A stretch of DNA of 64,000 nt. Origin: an uncultured Alphaproteobacteria bacterium (GTDB lineage Bacteria; Pseudomonadota; Alphaproteobacteria; HIMB59; GCA-002718135). Every line of letters starts with the position of its first letter. The stretch's first letter is position 1. The stretch is from contig CACNSY010000006.1 of assembly GCA_902623255.1 (NCBI GenBank), positions 21,566 to 85,565 on the forward strand. Direction: 5' to 3'. Positions 37,919 to 48,544 of the stretch are shown here, piece after piece. Both the position numbers and the translations under genes were made by a program. Under the pieces are notes generated by a model, which ran no database searches, was not told the DNA's origin, and saw only the letters and a list, made by a program, of their open reading frames with translations.

Positions 37919-38211
37919 GTTTCGTATTTAACTATAAAACCTGAATACTTAACATTACTAATGATACTATTTGGAATAACTCCCTCAACTAGAGCTAGTG
38001 ATGGACCATCTTTTGCTTTTTCAGTAATAGATAGTATACTTTGCATATCTCCTTGAATAATAGCTTCAACTTCATCTTTACTTTCTTTATTTTGAATATA
38101 ACCGTTTAATCCTAAAGAGATTGCTAAATCACTAAACCAATGTCTAAACCCAACTCCTTGAACTTTTCCTTTAATTATTAAGCGATAAGTTTTTATTTCA
38201 TTTGTATTCAT
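37915..38211 (-). CDS. acyP: Acylphosphatase
   Basis: GKVQGVGFR, GYIQN, VEA...G, GP..A.V. Confidence 0.88.
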   Translation of the reverse strand: MNTNEIKTYRLIIKGKVQGVGFRHWFSDLAISLGLNGYIQNKESKDEVEAIIQGDMQSILSITEKAKDGPSLALVEGVIPNSIISNVKYSGFIVKYET

Positions 38212-38267
38212 CAGATTAACAATATAAGTAATTTTTTATACATACAATCCTAATTTTAATTTAAAAT

Positions 38268-39143
38268 ATGTTGAATAAGCAAATAATTTACTGCTCATCA
38301 GGAATAATTTGTGGCGGTTTATTTTTTGTTATTCATGATGCAATTATTGATCATTTATCTTATTTAAATTTTAAATTTTATCATCATGTTGTTTTTGGGA
38401 GTCCATTATTATTTCTATTATTTATATATTTATTCTTATCAGGAAATTTTAAAAAATATCTTTCATCATCTAATTACACAATCTTAATTATAAGAGGTAC
38501 AATTTTTTTACCTATACCATTTATATTATTTGTAAGTTTACAAAATATTTCTTTAGCAGAATGGACAACATTAAATATGCTATCACCAATTTTAGGAATG
38601 ATTTTGGCTATAATTTTTTTGAAAGAAAAAATTAATTTATTCACGATAATTTCGATAACCTTAGGGTTTATAGGTGTTTTATTTATTCTTCAGCCAGGAT
38701 TTAGTAATTTTAATATATATTACTTAGGTCCATTGTTTGGAGCTTTTACTTTGGCTTTACAAAGTTTCTTAGCCAACAAATTTCATAACATATGTTCTAC
38801 TTTGGGTTTTTTTATATACGGAGTATTACCTGTTAACTTATTGTCCTTTGTATTATTTTACTATGATCCTTTAATTGATTTTGAATTAATTAAATTATCT
38901 ATGTTTGCTAATTTTATTGTATTTATTGGATTTTATTGTTTTACTTATGCTCTTCAAAATTCACAGAAACATTTTTCATCTGTTTTTGGTCTATTATATT
39001 TACAAATATTTTGGTCTTTTATAATTAGTATATTTATTTTTAATGAACATCAAAATATAATTGTAATTTTAGGAGCGTTATTCATTATTATTAGCGGTTT
39101 ATTATCTCTTCAAGCTCAAAAGAAACAATTAAATGATTATTAA
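38268..39143 (+). CDS. DMT/EamA family transporter
   Basis: About 10 TM segments, FLKEK, GFIGVLFILQPGF; paralog of the next gene. Confidence 0.8.
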   Translation: MLNKQIIYCSSGIICGGLFFVIHDAIIDHLSYLNFKFYHHVVFGSPLLFLLFIYLFLSGNFKKYLSSSNYTILIIRGTIFLPIPFILFVSLQNISLAEWTTLNMLSPILGMILAIIFLKEKINLFTIISITLGFIGVLFILQPGFSNFNIYYLGPLFGAFTLALQSFLANKFHNICSTLGFFIYGVLPVNLLSFVLFYYDPLIDFELIKLSMFANFIVFIGFYCFTYALQNSQKHFSSVFGLLYLQIFWSFIISIFIFNEHQNIIVILGALFIIISGLLSLQAQKKQLNDY

Positions 39144-39173
39144 TGATATTATCTAATTTAAATTATTAATGTA

Positions 39174-40052
39174 ATGAAAAAAAGTATTGCTTATTCATCG
39201 ATTTTATTATTTTTTGCAGGTATTTTTTTTGTAACAAATGATGCAATAATAAATTATTTATCTCAAACAAATGTAAAATTTTATCATTTCATTTTTTATG
39301 GAATACCGATTTATTTATGTTTCCCATTTTATTTATTTATTAATGGAACTTTAAAAAAAAATATAAAATGTACTAATTATTTACCCCCTATTTTTAGAGG
39401 TTTTTTAAATATACCTTTGCCATTTATTGCTTTTATAACACTTGAACAAATTAAACTTCCAGAATTCACAACATTAAATATGACTGCACCATTGATGGGA
39501 ACGATTTTTGCTATTTTTTTACTAAATGAAAAGTTAAATTTCTTAACTTATATATCTTTGTTAATTGGTTTTTTAGGAGTTTTATTTGTTATTCAGCCTG
39601 GATTTGAAAGCTTTAATATTCATTACCTAATTGTTCTTATCGGGGTATTATTAATTACAATTACAACATTTATTGTAAATAAATATAATCATGTAACTAC
39701 AAATATTGGGTATTTTCTTTATGGTGGCTTTTTTGTTCACTTAGTTTCAATACCTTTATTTTTATTAAATCCATTAAAAGTAACTTTTTTTGAGTTTTTT
39801 TTAATTTTAACTGCAGCATTATTTATCAATTCAGCTATGTTTTTTGCTACTACTGCTTTTAAGATTGCACAAAAGCATTATGCATCAGTTTTTAGTTTAG
39901 TTTACCTTCAGGTATTGTGGTCATCATTGGTTGGAATATTTATATTTAATGAATATATGAATTTATATGCTTATATTGGAGCAATATTTATAGTTTTAAG
40001 TGGAATTGTTTCATTACCTTCACAAATAAAGCAATTAAAGGAAGCAAATTAA
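39174..40052 (+). CDS. DMT/EamA family transporter
   Basis: LLNEK, GFLGVLFVIQPGF; paralog of the preceding gene. Confidence 0.8.
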   Translation: MKKSIAYSSILLFFAGIFFVTNDAIINYLSQTNVKFYHFIFYGIPIYLCFPFYLFINGTLKKNIKCTNYLPPIFRGFLNIPLPFIAFITLEQIKLPEFTTLNMTAPLMGTIFAIFLLNEKLNFLTYISLLIGFLGVLFVIQPGFESFNIHYLIVLIGVLLITITTFIVNKYNHVTTNIGYFLYGGFFVHLVSIPLFLLNPLKVTFFEFFLILTAALFINSAMFFATTAFKIAQKHYASVFSLVYLQVLWSSLVGIFIFNEYMNLYAYIGAIFIVLSGIVSLPSQIKQLKEAN

Positions 40053-40774
40053 TGTATAAAATTTTTTTATTTTTATTTCTTTTCTTTTTTAATTATAAAT
40101 CTTTTTCTAACGAAGTTAAAATCTTAAATGAAACCATTGGCAATGGCTTAGAAGTAAAAAATCATTCAAAATTATCTGTCCATTACATTGGCAGACTAGA
40201 AGATAATACTGTTTTTGATAGTTCTTACGATAGAGGGCAATTTTTTGATTTTCAAATAGGGGTAAGGAAAGTAATCCTAGGTTGGGAAACTGGGTTGCTT
40301 GGAATGAAAGAGGGTGGAAAGAGAACAATATTTATTCCTTATCAATTGGCTTATGGTGAAAGTGGTGCAGGAAATTTAATTCCTCCAAAATCAAATCTTA
40401 TTTTTGATATAGAGGTGATAAAAGTAACTCCCCCAGGGTATAAGGAGATAGATGGTTACCAATTAAAACTAGCGATGACCGATGATTTTAAAATTATAGA
40501 TATTAGAAGTGATGACCAAAGAACTAATAAAAATAAAATTCCAGGAGCCATTCAGATAACAGCATTTGATAAAAATGGGAATTTTTTCCCTGATTTTTTT
40601 GAAAAGTATAAAGAAAATATTCAAATAGGAGAGAAGGTTATTTTCATAAGTCAAAATGGAGACATATCATCAATATTAGCAAATGGATTTGTTGAACAAC
40701 TAAATCAAACAAATATTTATCATTTAAAGGATGGTGTATCAGGTTTAGAAAAAATAAATTTTGATTTTGAATAA
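40052..40774 (+). CDS. FKBP-type peptidyl-prolyl isomerase fused to a C-terminal rhodanese-like domain
   Basis: Signal peptide; VHYIG, FDSS, VILGW, GGKR, YG, IPP.S.LIFDIE; then IIDIR, IPGA, HLKDGV. Confidence 0.85.
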   Translation: MYKIFLFLFLFFFNYKSFSNEVKILNETIGNGLEVKNHSKLSVHYIGRLEDNTVFDSSYDRGQFFDFQIGVRKVILGWETGLLGMKEGGKRTIFIPYQLAYGESGAGNLIPPKSNLIFDIEVIKVTPPGYKEIDGYQLKLAMTDDFKIIDIRSDDQRTNKNKIPGAIQITAFDKNGNFFPDFFEKYKENIQIGEKVIFISQNGDISSILANGFVEQLNQTNIYHLKDGVSGLEKINFDFE

Positions 40775-40776
40775 AA

Positions 40777-41580
40777 TTAAAAATCTATTTTTTTATTATT
40801 ATCAGCTGCATAATTAATAATAAATTGCCATGCTGATCTTCCAGTTCTATTACCTCTTTGTAAACTCCATTTAATTGCTTCTTTTTCAGTCTTTTCATTA
40901 AAAGGTAATTTAAACTTTTCACAATACTTTAAAATTATACTAACAAAATCATTTTGAGAAATATTATGAAAACCAATCCATAAACCAAAACGATCACTTA
41001 AACTTATTTTTTCTTCAACACTTTCATCTGTATGAATAGCAGAAGATCTTTCATTTTCTATCATATCTCTTGGCATTAAATGCCTTCTATTAGATGTTAC
41101 ATAAAGAACAATATTTTTAGGTTGATTTTGTATACTCCCATCTAATGTTGATTTAATTATTTTGTAATCACTATCAATTTTTTCGAATGATAAATCATCA
41201 ATAAAAATTATAAAATTATAATTTTTTAAATTAGCATATTTTTCGTAAATAACTTCGATATCAAAAATATTATTTTTATTTAATTGAATTAATTTTAAAT
41301 TTTTATTCTTTTTATTTATTTTATAAAAAACTGATTTAATCAGAGAACTTTTACCATTTCCTCTAGATCCCCATAACAAAGCATTATTGGTAAAATTTCC
41401 TTCAGCAAAATTAATAGTATTATTATAAATAGTTTTTTTTTGTCTTTCTATTCCAATTAATAGATCTAAATCTAAGTATCTAAAATGTGAGATTATTTTA
41501 AGGTTTTTTATTTTACTATCCCAAATAAATGCATTTGCTCTAGAGAGTGTAATATTAGTTAAAAAATTGCTTAAAAACAT
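40777..41580 (-). CDS. DUF815 family AAA+ ATPase
   Basis: LLWGSRGNGKSS, FIDDLSFE, TSNRRHL, EEKISLSDRFGL, RTGRSAWQF. Confidence 0.88.
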   Translation of the reverse strand: MFLSNFLTNITLSRANAFIWDSKIKNLKIISHFRYLDLDLLIGIERQKKTIYNNTINFAEGNFTNNALLWGSRGNGKSSLIKSVFYKINKKNKNLKLIQLNKNNIFDIEVIYEKYANLKNYNFIIFIDDLSFEKIDSDYKIIKSTLDGSIQNQPKNIVLYVTSNRRHLMPRDMIENERSSAIHTDESVEEKISLSDRFGLWIGFHNISQNDFVSIILKYCEKFKLPFNEKTEKEAIKWSLQRGNRTGRSAWQFIINYAADNNKKIDF

Positions 41581-41655
41581 AATAAATACTTTATTTGATT
41601 TTTCTTATTACACAGTATAATAAATCACTCAAATTAAATCATCATAGGTACTATT

Positions 41656-41997
41656 ATGGAAGCATTTGGAACATTTTTACCACTTATTTTAATATTTGTA
41701 GTTTTTTATTTTTTATTAATTAGACCACAACAAAGAAAAGTTAAACAGCATAAAGAAATGCTATCTAATCTTAAAAGAGGTGATAAAATTGTCACTTCTG
41801 GTGGAATTATAGGTACTATAAACAAGGTTGCTGATAATAGGGAATTAACTTTAGAAGTTGCAGATAATGTTGAAATCAAAATTGCATCAGGAATGGTTGC
41901 GGATTTATATGCAATGCCAGAAGTTCAAAAAAAAGAACCTCCAAAAGAAGAGAATAAGAGTAAATCTGGCTTCTCTTTATTTTCTAGAAAAAAATAA
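41656..41997 (+). CDS. yajC: Preprotein translocase subunit YajC
   Basis: FYFLLIRPQQRK, LKRGDKIVTSGGIIG. Confidence 0.95.
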   Translation: MEAFGTFLPLILIFVVFYFLLIRPQQRKVKQHKEMLSNLKRGDKIVTSGGIIGTINKVADNRELTLEVADNVEIKIASGMVADLYAMPEVQKKEPPKEENKSKSGFSLFSRKK

Positions 41998-42009
41998 TTT
42001 TTTTTATTA

Positions 42010-43560
42010 ATGAAGAATTATCCTATTTGGAAATCATTCACCGTAATATCGTTGGTTTTATTAGGAATAATTTTTGCAATTCCTTCAATTATTTATGATG
42101 AAAATTCAGAAAATTGGTTTTTAAAAAATAAGATTAATCTAGGTTTAGACTTACAAGGTGGATCGTATTTATTATTAGAAGTTCAACTAGATGTTTTATA
42201 TAAAGAAGAATTAGATAATTTTGTTGATAGTATTCGTTTGATATCAAGAGATGAAGCAGTAAAAATTGAAAAAATTGATATTCAAGAAAATGAAGTTTTA
42301 GTTTTTTTTGCTAATAAAGACAAAATAAAAGATATTAGAGATAACTTTTTCCAAATGTACAGAGGGGTTTCCTTACAAATTAGTAATAATAGACTTAGTA
42401 TAAAGTTAAATGACGAATATAAAAAAATTATTCAAGACTCAGCAATTAAGCAATCACTTGAAATTGTTAGAAAAAGGATTGATGAATCTGGAACTAAAGA
42501 ACCTTTAATTCAAAGATCTGGTAAAAAAAGAATACTTTTACAATTACCAGGAGTTAAAGATCCTGAAAGAATTAAAGATTTATTAGGTAAAACTGCAAAA
42601 TTAACTTTTCACATTGTTGATAATGAGAATACTTCAGCCCTTCAAAATAATTTAGCACCTTTTGGAAAAATCATTGTTCCAGACATATATGATGAAAATA
42701 CAAAATACTTATTAGATAAAAGAGCAGTTGTGGGTGGAGAAAATTTAGTAGATGCAAAAGGCTCATTTGATCAAACCGAAGGTCATGCTGTGTCATTCCG
42801 TTTTGATACAGAAGGGGCTCAAAAATTTGGTAAAGTCACAACAAACAATATCGGTAAAAATCTTGCTGTTGTATTAGATGGTGTTGTTATTACAGCTCCT
42901 AGAATTAGTAGTGCTATTACAGGAGGCTCAGGTATCATAACTGGAAACTTTAATGCCCAAGAAGCATCTGATTTGGCTGTCTTATTAAGAGCTGGTGCTT
43001 TGCCAGCGCCTTTAGAAATAGTTGAAGAAAGATCAGTGGGTGCTGGTTTAGGAGCAGACTCTATAGCTGCTGGTCAAATAGCTGCTATTATTGGAATGGT
43101 TTTAGTATGCATATTTATGATACTCATTTATGGAACTTTTGGTGCTCTTGCTAATGTTTCTTTAATAGTAAATTTATTTATAATAATTTCATTATTAGGT
43201 ACTATAGGTGCAACATTAACATTGCCTGGTATTGCTGGAATTGTATTAACAATTGGTATGGCAGTGGACGCCAATGTTTTAATTTTTGAAAGAATTAAAG
43301 AAGAGAGTTTAAAACAAACTAAAGTTTTTCAGATTGTAAAAAATGGTTTCGATAGAGCTATGTCAACTATACTTGATGCCAATATTACTACTCTGATTGC
43401 TGCTGTTTTACTATTTGCATTTGGCTCTGGTCCAATTAGAGGTTTTTCAATTACACTGTCTTTGGGTGTGATAGCATCAATGTTCACCGCTTTAATGCTT
43501 ACAAATTTTTTAGTTTATATGTACTTATCATTTGCAAATAAAAAGGAATTAAAACTATAA
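42010..43560 (+). CDS. secD: Protein translocase subunit SecD
   Basis: LGLDLQGG, LRAGALPAP, TLTLPGIAG, GMAVDANVLIFERI, DANITT. Confidence 0.97.
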   Translation: MKNYPIWKSFTVISLVLLGIIFAIPSIIYDENSENWFLKNKINLGLDLQGGSYLLLEVQLDVLYKEELDNFVDSIRLISRDEAVKIEKIDIQENEVLVFFANKDKIKDIRDNFFQMYRGVSLQISNNRLSIKLNDEYKKIIQDSAIKQSLEIVRKRIDESGTKEPLIQRSGKKRILLQLPGVKDPERIKDLLGKTAKLTFHIVDNENTSALQNNLAPFGKIIVPDIYDENTKYLLDKRAVVGGENLVDAKGSFDQTEGHAVSFRFDTEGAQKFGKVTTNNIGKNLAVVLDGVVITAPRISSAITGGSGIITGNFNAQEASDLAVLLRAGALPAPLEIVEERSVGAGLGADSIAAGQIAAIIGMVLVCIFMILIYGTFGALANVSLIVNLFIIISLLGTIGATLTLPGIAGIVLTIGMAVDANVLIFERIKEESLKQTKVFQIVKNGFDRAMSTILDANITTLIAAVLLFAFGSGPIRGFSITLSLGVIASMFTALMLTNFLVYMYLSFANKKELKL

Positions 43561-44459
43561 TGTTTGGTTTAAATAAAATTATTCCTGTTGAACCTAATAT
43601 TAATTTTCTTGGTTTAAGAAGAAATTTTTTAATTTTTTCTATTTTAGCAATATTTAGTTCAATTAGTTTATTAAGTATCAAAGGTTTAAATCTAGGAATA
43701 GATTTTAAGGGGGGTACTTTAATTGAAGTCAATACAAAAAATACTTCAATTGGTGAATTAAGAGAAATTTTATCTTCTTCTTATAGTGATGTATCTTTAC
43801 AGGAATTTGGTAATGAGAATATTATTTTAATACGACTTCAAAATAAAAGTAATCAAGAGAGTATTGAAACAGTCAATTCTGTAAAAAATTTAATTCAAGA
43901 CAAGGTTGTTGAGTTTAGAAGGTCTGAATTTGTAGGTCCCACAATAAGTTCTGAACTTTTGTTTCGAGGTTTCCAAGCTGTCTCTTTTGCATTAATTGCT
44001 ATTTTAATTTACATTTGGTTGCGTTTTGAATGGCAATTTGGTTTTGGGGCAGTTGTGGCATTAACTCATGATGTATTATTTACTCTTGGATTGCTCTCTA
44101 TTTTAAATGTAGAATTTTCTCTAGCGACAATAGCAGCAATTCTAACAATTGCTGGTTATTCTATTAATGATACAGTTGTAATATTTGATAGGGTTCGAGA
44201 AAATTTAAGAAAATATAAAAAACTCGACTTAGTAGATTTATTTAACTTATCAGTTAATAATACATTATCGAGAACTATAATGACAAGTCTAACTACACTT
44301 CTTGCTTTAGTATCTTTATTTATATTTGGTGGAGAGGTTATTAGACCGTTCGCTTTAACAATGATTATAGGTGTAGTAATTGGAACTTATTCATCTGTCT
44401 TTATAGCGGTCCCAACATTATTGATCTTTAAGTTTAGACCGCAAGATGAAGATGATTAA
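43560..44459 (+). CDS. secF: Protein translocase subunit SecF
   Basis: LGIDFKGG, VGP, HD, GYSINDTVVIFDRVRE, GTYSS. Confidence 0.97.
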   Translation: MFGLNKIIPVEPNINFLGLRRNFLIFSILAIFSSISLLSIKGLNLGIDFKGGTLIEVNTKNTSIGELREILSSSYSDVSLQEFGNENIILIRLQNKSNQESIETVNSVKNLIQDKVVEFRRSEFVGPTISSELLFRGFQAVSFALIAILIYIWLRFEWQFGFGAVVALTHDVLFTLGLLSILNVEFSLATIAAILTIAGYSINDTVVIFDRVRENLRKYKKLDLVDLFNLSVNNTLSRTIMTSLTTLLALVSLFIFGGEVIRPFALTMIIGVVIGTYSSVFIAVPTLLIFKFRPQDEDD

Positions 44460-45052
44460 GCGTTATTTAAGTTTTCAGTAACTTTTTCCCAATTAACTAA
44501 ATTGTCAATAAAAGCTTTTAAATAATCAGGCCTTCTATTTCTGTAATCAACATAATATGAATGTTCCCAAACATCACATCCTAGTAGGGGAGTGTGACCA
44601 TGTACGATTGGGTTTTCTCCATTTGGTGTTTTAGTAATTTCTAATTTTCCATTATTTAAAACTAACCAACACCAACCTGAACCAAATTGACCAATACCTG
44701 CATTTATAAAATCTTCTTTCATTTTTTCAACTGAACCAATGTCTGAAACTATTTTATTTTCGAGTTCAGAGGGAATTTTACCATTTGGATTATTTTTCAT
44801 TACTTCCCAAAAATGAACATGGTTTATATGTTGTGCCACATTGTTGAATACCGGAGCATTTTTTTTATAAGAGTTGATAACGATATCATTAACATTGTCA
44901 TCCGCTATATTTTGTTCATTAATAAACTTATTTCCGTTAGTTATGTAAGCCATGTGATGCTTATCATGATGCAACTCTAAAGTTTCAGCCGACATATACG
45001 GCATTAGAGCATCTTTACTGTAGGGTAGATCTGGTAACTCTAGATTTATCAT
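44456..45052 (-). CDS. sodB: Superoxide dismutase, Fe-type signature
   Basis: HHDKHH, FNNVAQ (Fe-type; Mn-type has NNGGGH), QFGSGW, DVWEHSYY. Confidence 0.88.
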   Translation of the reverse strand: MINLELPDLPYSKDALMPYMSAETLELHHDKHHMAYITNGNKFINEQNIADDNVNDIVINSYKKNAPVFNNVAQHINHVHFWEVMKNNPNGKIPSELENKIVSDIGSVEKMKEDFINAGIGQFGSGWCWLVLNNGKLEITKTPNGENPIVHGHTPLLGCDVWEHSYYVDYRNRRPDYLKAFIDNLVNWEKVTENLNNA

Positions 45053-45067
45053 TTTATTTCCTTTGAT

Positions 45068-47872
45068 TTATAAAATTTTTTTTAAGAATTCACCTGTATA
45101 GCTTTTTTTATTATTTGCAATATCTTCAGGTGTTCCTGTTCCAATAATTTGACCACCATTAACACCTCCCAGCGGACCAAGATCAATTATATGATCGGCT
45201 GTTTTAATAACATCGAGATTGTGTTCAATAACGATTACAGTGTTTCCTTCATCAACAAGCGTATGAAGAATTTTAAGTAATTTTTTAACATCATCAAAAT
45301 GAAGACCAGTTGTTGGCTCATCAAGAATATATAATGTTTTTCCTGTAGATCTTTTTGATAATTCTTTTGATAACTTTATTCTCTGCGCTTCGCCACCAGA
45401 TAAAGTAGTAGCTGATTGACCTATTTTTATATAATCTAATCCAACATCCATTAGGGTTTGTAATTTCTGCTTTATTGCGGGAATTTTATCGAAAAATTTA
45501 TAACCCTCCTCAACAGTCATTTCTAAAACATCTGAAATGGATTTATCTTTATATTTTACTTCTAAAGTTTCTCTATTATACCTTTTTCCTTTGCAAATAT
45601 CACACTCAACATAAACATCAGCTAAAAAATGCATTTCTATTTTTTTTACTCCATCGCCTTCGCATGATTCACATCTTCCACCCTTAACGTTAAATGAAAA
45701 ACGACCTGGTTTATACCCTCTAGCACTTGACTCATTTAAGTTTGCAAACCAATCTCTAATAGGAGTAAAACATCCTGTATATGTTGCTGGGTTTGATCTT
45801 GGTGTCCTTCCAATTGGAGATTGATCAATATCAATTACTTTATCGATATGATTGATACCTTTAAAATTAAAACGACTTTCATCTTTATTTAATGATTTAT
45901 TAAAGTATTCATCTAACCTTTGATACAAAGTATCAATAATTAATGAAGATTTACCACTTCCAGATACACCTGTCACAGTAATAAAATTCCCTAAAGGTAA
46001 AGTGACATTAAGATTATCTAAGTTATTCGTTTTTATTTTACTAAGTTTAAAAACTTTATTTTTATTAAATTTTCTTCTATTTTTTGGAACTTTAATTTCT
46101 AAGGATTTATTCAAATATTTTGCTGTAAGACTTTTATTACTTTTTAGTATTTTTTTAAGTCCTCCCTCTGCAATTATGTGACCTCCGTTAACGCCAGCTT
46201 TAACTCCAATATCAATTATATGATCTGATTGTCTTATTGCATCCTCATCGTGCTCTACAACAATTACTGTATTTCCTAAATCTCTTAATCTAAATAAAGT
46301 TTCAATTAGTTGTTGATTATCTTTTTGATGTAATCCAATAGAAGGTTCATCTAAAACATACAAAACTCCTGTTAAACCTGAACCAATTTGACTTGCCAAT
46401 CTAATTCTTTGACTTTCTCCTCCAGATAAAGTTTTGCTAGCTCTTGCCAATGATAAATAATCTAAACCAACTCTATTTAAAAAAACTAATCTATCTTTAA
46501 TTTCTTTAATTACTCCCTCAGCAATTTTTTTATTATTTTTATCAAGTTTATCTTCAAGAGATGAAAACCACTGTAAACACTCGCTAATTGATTTTTTAGT
46601 AATATTACCAATATGATTTTCATCAATTCTTACGGCTAAAGCTTTCTCGTTAAGACGGTAACCATTGCAAACTTCACAGTCTCTTTCAGATAAATATTTT
46701 TCTAATTCATACTGAAGCCACCATCTCTCAGTTTCCTCATATTTTCGATCAATAAAGTTAATTATTCCTTCAAAATCATATAAAAAATTTAATTCGCTTC
46801 CTTCATCTCCATAAAGGATAATATTTTTTACTTTTTTCGGAATTTCGCGCCATGGAACATTTTTCTTTACTTTGAATTGTTTTAAAATTTTATCTATTGT
46901 TTCAACAAAGTATTTTTTTTGGTAACCAAATACTTTCGTTTCCCAAGGTTTAATAGCTCCATCAGAAATTGATCTAGTTTCATCAGGTACAATCTTGTGT
47001 TCATCAAAATATTTTTCAATTCCAAGACCATCACATTCAGAACACGCACCCTGCGGAGCATTAAAACTAAATAATCTAGGTTCAATTTCTTCAATACTAA
47101 ATCCAGATACAGGGCATGCAAATTTTGATGAGAATATGGATATTTTATTTGTATCTAGGTTTTCTAAATATAATAAACCATCTGATAGTGTTAAAGCAAC
47201 TTCTATACTTTCACTTAGTCTTTGTTGGATATTTTTTTTTACGACAAGCCTATCAATCACAACATCAATATTGTGTTTAAAATTCTTTTTAAGTGAAGGC
47301 ACTTCATCAATATCATAGACAACGTTATCGACTTTAAGACGTTGATAACCTCTTTTTTTTAGATCCTCGATTTCCTTTCGATACTCACCTTTTCGATCTC
47401 TCACTATGGGAGATAAAATATAAATTCTCTTATCAATATTATTTTTAATTATAAGATCAGTCATTTCACTTACTGATTGTGATTTAATTGGCTTACCTGT
47501 TGTTGGAGAGAAGGGAATTCCAACTCTAGCATATAGCACTCTCAAGTAATCATAAATTTCAGTAACAGTTCCAACAGTACTTCTTGGATTTTTTTGTGTA
47601 GTTTTTTGTTCTATAGATATTGCTGGTGATAAACCATCAATACTATCTACATCTGGTTTATTCATCATTTGAAGAAATTGTCTTGCATATGCAGAAAGAC
47701 TTTCAACATATTTTCTTTGTCCTTCAGAATAAATTGTATCAAATGCTAATGTTGATTTTCCTGAGCCACTTACACCCGTTATTACTACGAGTTTATTCTT
47801 TGGTATTTCTAAGTTGATATTTTTAAGATTGTGCTCTCTTGCACCTTTTATAACAATTTTATCTAAATTCAT
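45068..47872 (-). CDS. uvrA: Excinuclease ABC subunit A
   Basis: GAREHNLKN, two GVSGSGKS Walker A motifs, LSGGE, zinc fingers, DEPTTGLH. Confidence 0.98.
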   Translation of the reverse strand: MNLDKIVIKGAREHNLKNINLEIPKNKLVVITGVSGSGKSTLAFDTIYSEGQRKYVESLSAYARQFLQMMNKPDVDSIDGLSPAISIEQKTTQKNPRSTVGTVTEIYDYLRVLYARVGIPFSPTTGKPIKSQSVSEMTDLIIKNNIDKRIYILSPIVRDRKGEYRKEIEDLKKRGYQRLKVDNVVYDIDEVPSLKKNFKHNIDVVIDRLVVKKNIQQRLSESIEVALTLSDGLLYLENLDTNKISIFSSKFACPVSGFSIEEIEPRLFSFNAPQGACSECDGLGIEKYFDEHKIVPDETRSISDGAIKPWETKVFGYQKKYFVETIDKILKQFKVKKNVPWREIPKKVKNIILYGDEGSELNFLYDFEGIINFIDRKYEETERWWLQYELEKYLSERDCEVCNGYRLNEKALAVRIDENHIGNITKKSISECLQWFSSLEDKLDKNNKKIAEGVIKEIKDRLVFLNRVGLDYLSLARASKTLSGGESQRIRLASQIGSGLTGVLYVLDEPSIGLHQKDNQQLIETLFRLRDLGNTVIVVEHDEDAIRQSDHIIDIGVKAGVNGGHIIAEGGLKKILKSNKSLTAKYLNKSLEIKVPKNRRKFNKNKVFKLSKIKTNNLDNLNVTLPLGNFITVTGVSGSGKSSLIIDTLYQRLDEYFNKSLNKDESRFNFKGINHIDKVIDIDQSPIGRTPRSNPATYTGCFTPIRDWFANLNESSARGYKPGRFSFNVKGGRCESCEGDGVKKIEMHFLADVYVECDICKGKRYNRETLEVKYKDKSISDVLEMTVEEGYKFFDKIPAIKQKLQTLMDVGLDYIKIGQSATTLSGGEAQRIKLSKELSKRSTGKTLYILDEPTTGLHFDDVKKLLKILHTLVDEGNTVIVIEHNLDVIKTADHIIDLGPLGGVNGGQIIGTGTPEDIANNKKSYTGEFLKKIL

Positions 47873-47929
47873 GAATATTAGTGTTATCTAATAACGTTAA
47901 TATGTTATATGGATATATATAGAATTCTT

Positions 47930-48403
47930 ATGGTTGGTAGTGTTAATAAAACAATTTTATTAGGAAACTTGGGAAGAGATCCTGAAATTAGGTCTATGCA
48001 GTCTGGAGCTAAAATGGCTTCATTTTCAATTGCAACATCGAAAAGATGGAAGGATAGAAACACACAAGAACAAAAAGAAAAAACATCTTGGCATAACATA
48101 GTAGTATTTGGAGATGGCTTAGTCGATATAGTAGAAAAATATGTAAAAAAGGGCTCTAAAATTTATGTTGAAGGAGAGCTTCAAACAAGGAAATGGCAAG
48201 ATAAAGATGGAAATGATAGATACACTACAGAGGTCATTTTACAGGGATATAATTGTAATTTAACCCTTTTAGACAGTAGAAATAGTAATTCTCAGATATC
48301 TGATAATTCTCAAGAAATGGATCAATCTAAGACAATTGAAGACAATTCTTTTGGAAATCAATCAGGTGATTCTGATGATTTAGATGAAGATATCCCTTTT
48401 TAA
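47930..48403 (+). CDS. ssb: Single-stranded DNA-binding protein
   Basis: GSVNKTILLGNLGRDPE, EGELQTRKW, acidic tail DEDIPF; likely start ATG at 47930. Confidence 0.96.
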   Translation: MVGSVNKTILLGNLGRDPEIRSMQSGAKMASFSIATSKRWKDRNTQEQKEKTSWHNIVVFGDGLVDIVEKYVKKGSKIYVEGELQTRKWQDKDGNDRYTTEVILQGYNCNLTLLDSRNSNSQISDNSQEMDQSKTIEDNSFGNQSGDSDDLDEDIPF

Positions 48404-48544
48404 ATCTTTATATTAGATAATAATATTTAATTACTGAAAAATATAGTTTTTTTAATATAATTTAATCATTTATTTATATTGGTTTAAATTGTCCTTTTTG
48501 TTATAAAAAATACTTAATTCTCTTACAAAACTTGGATTTTTTTA

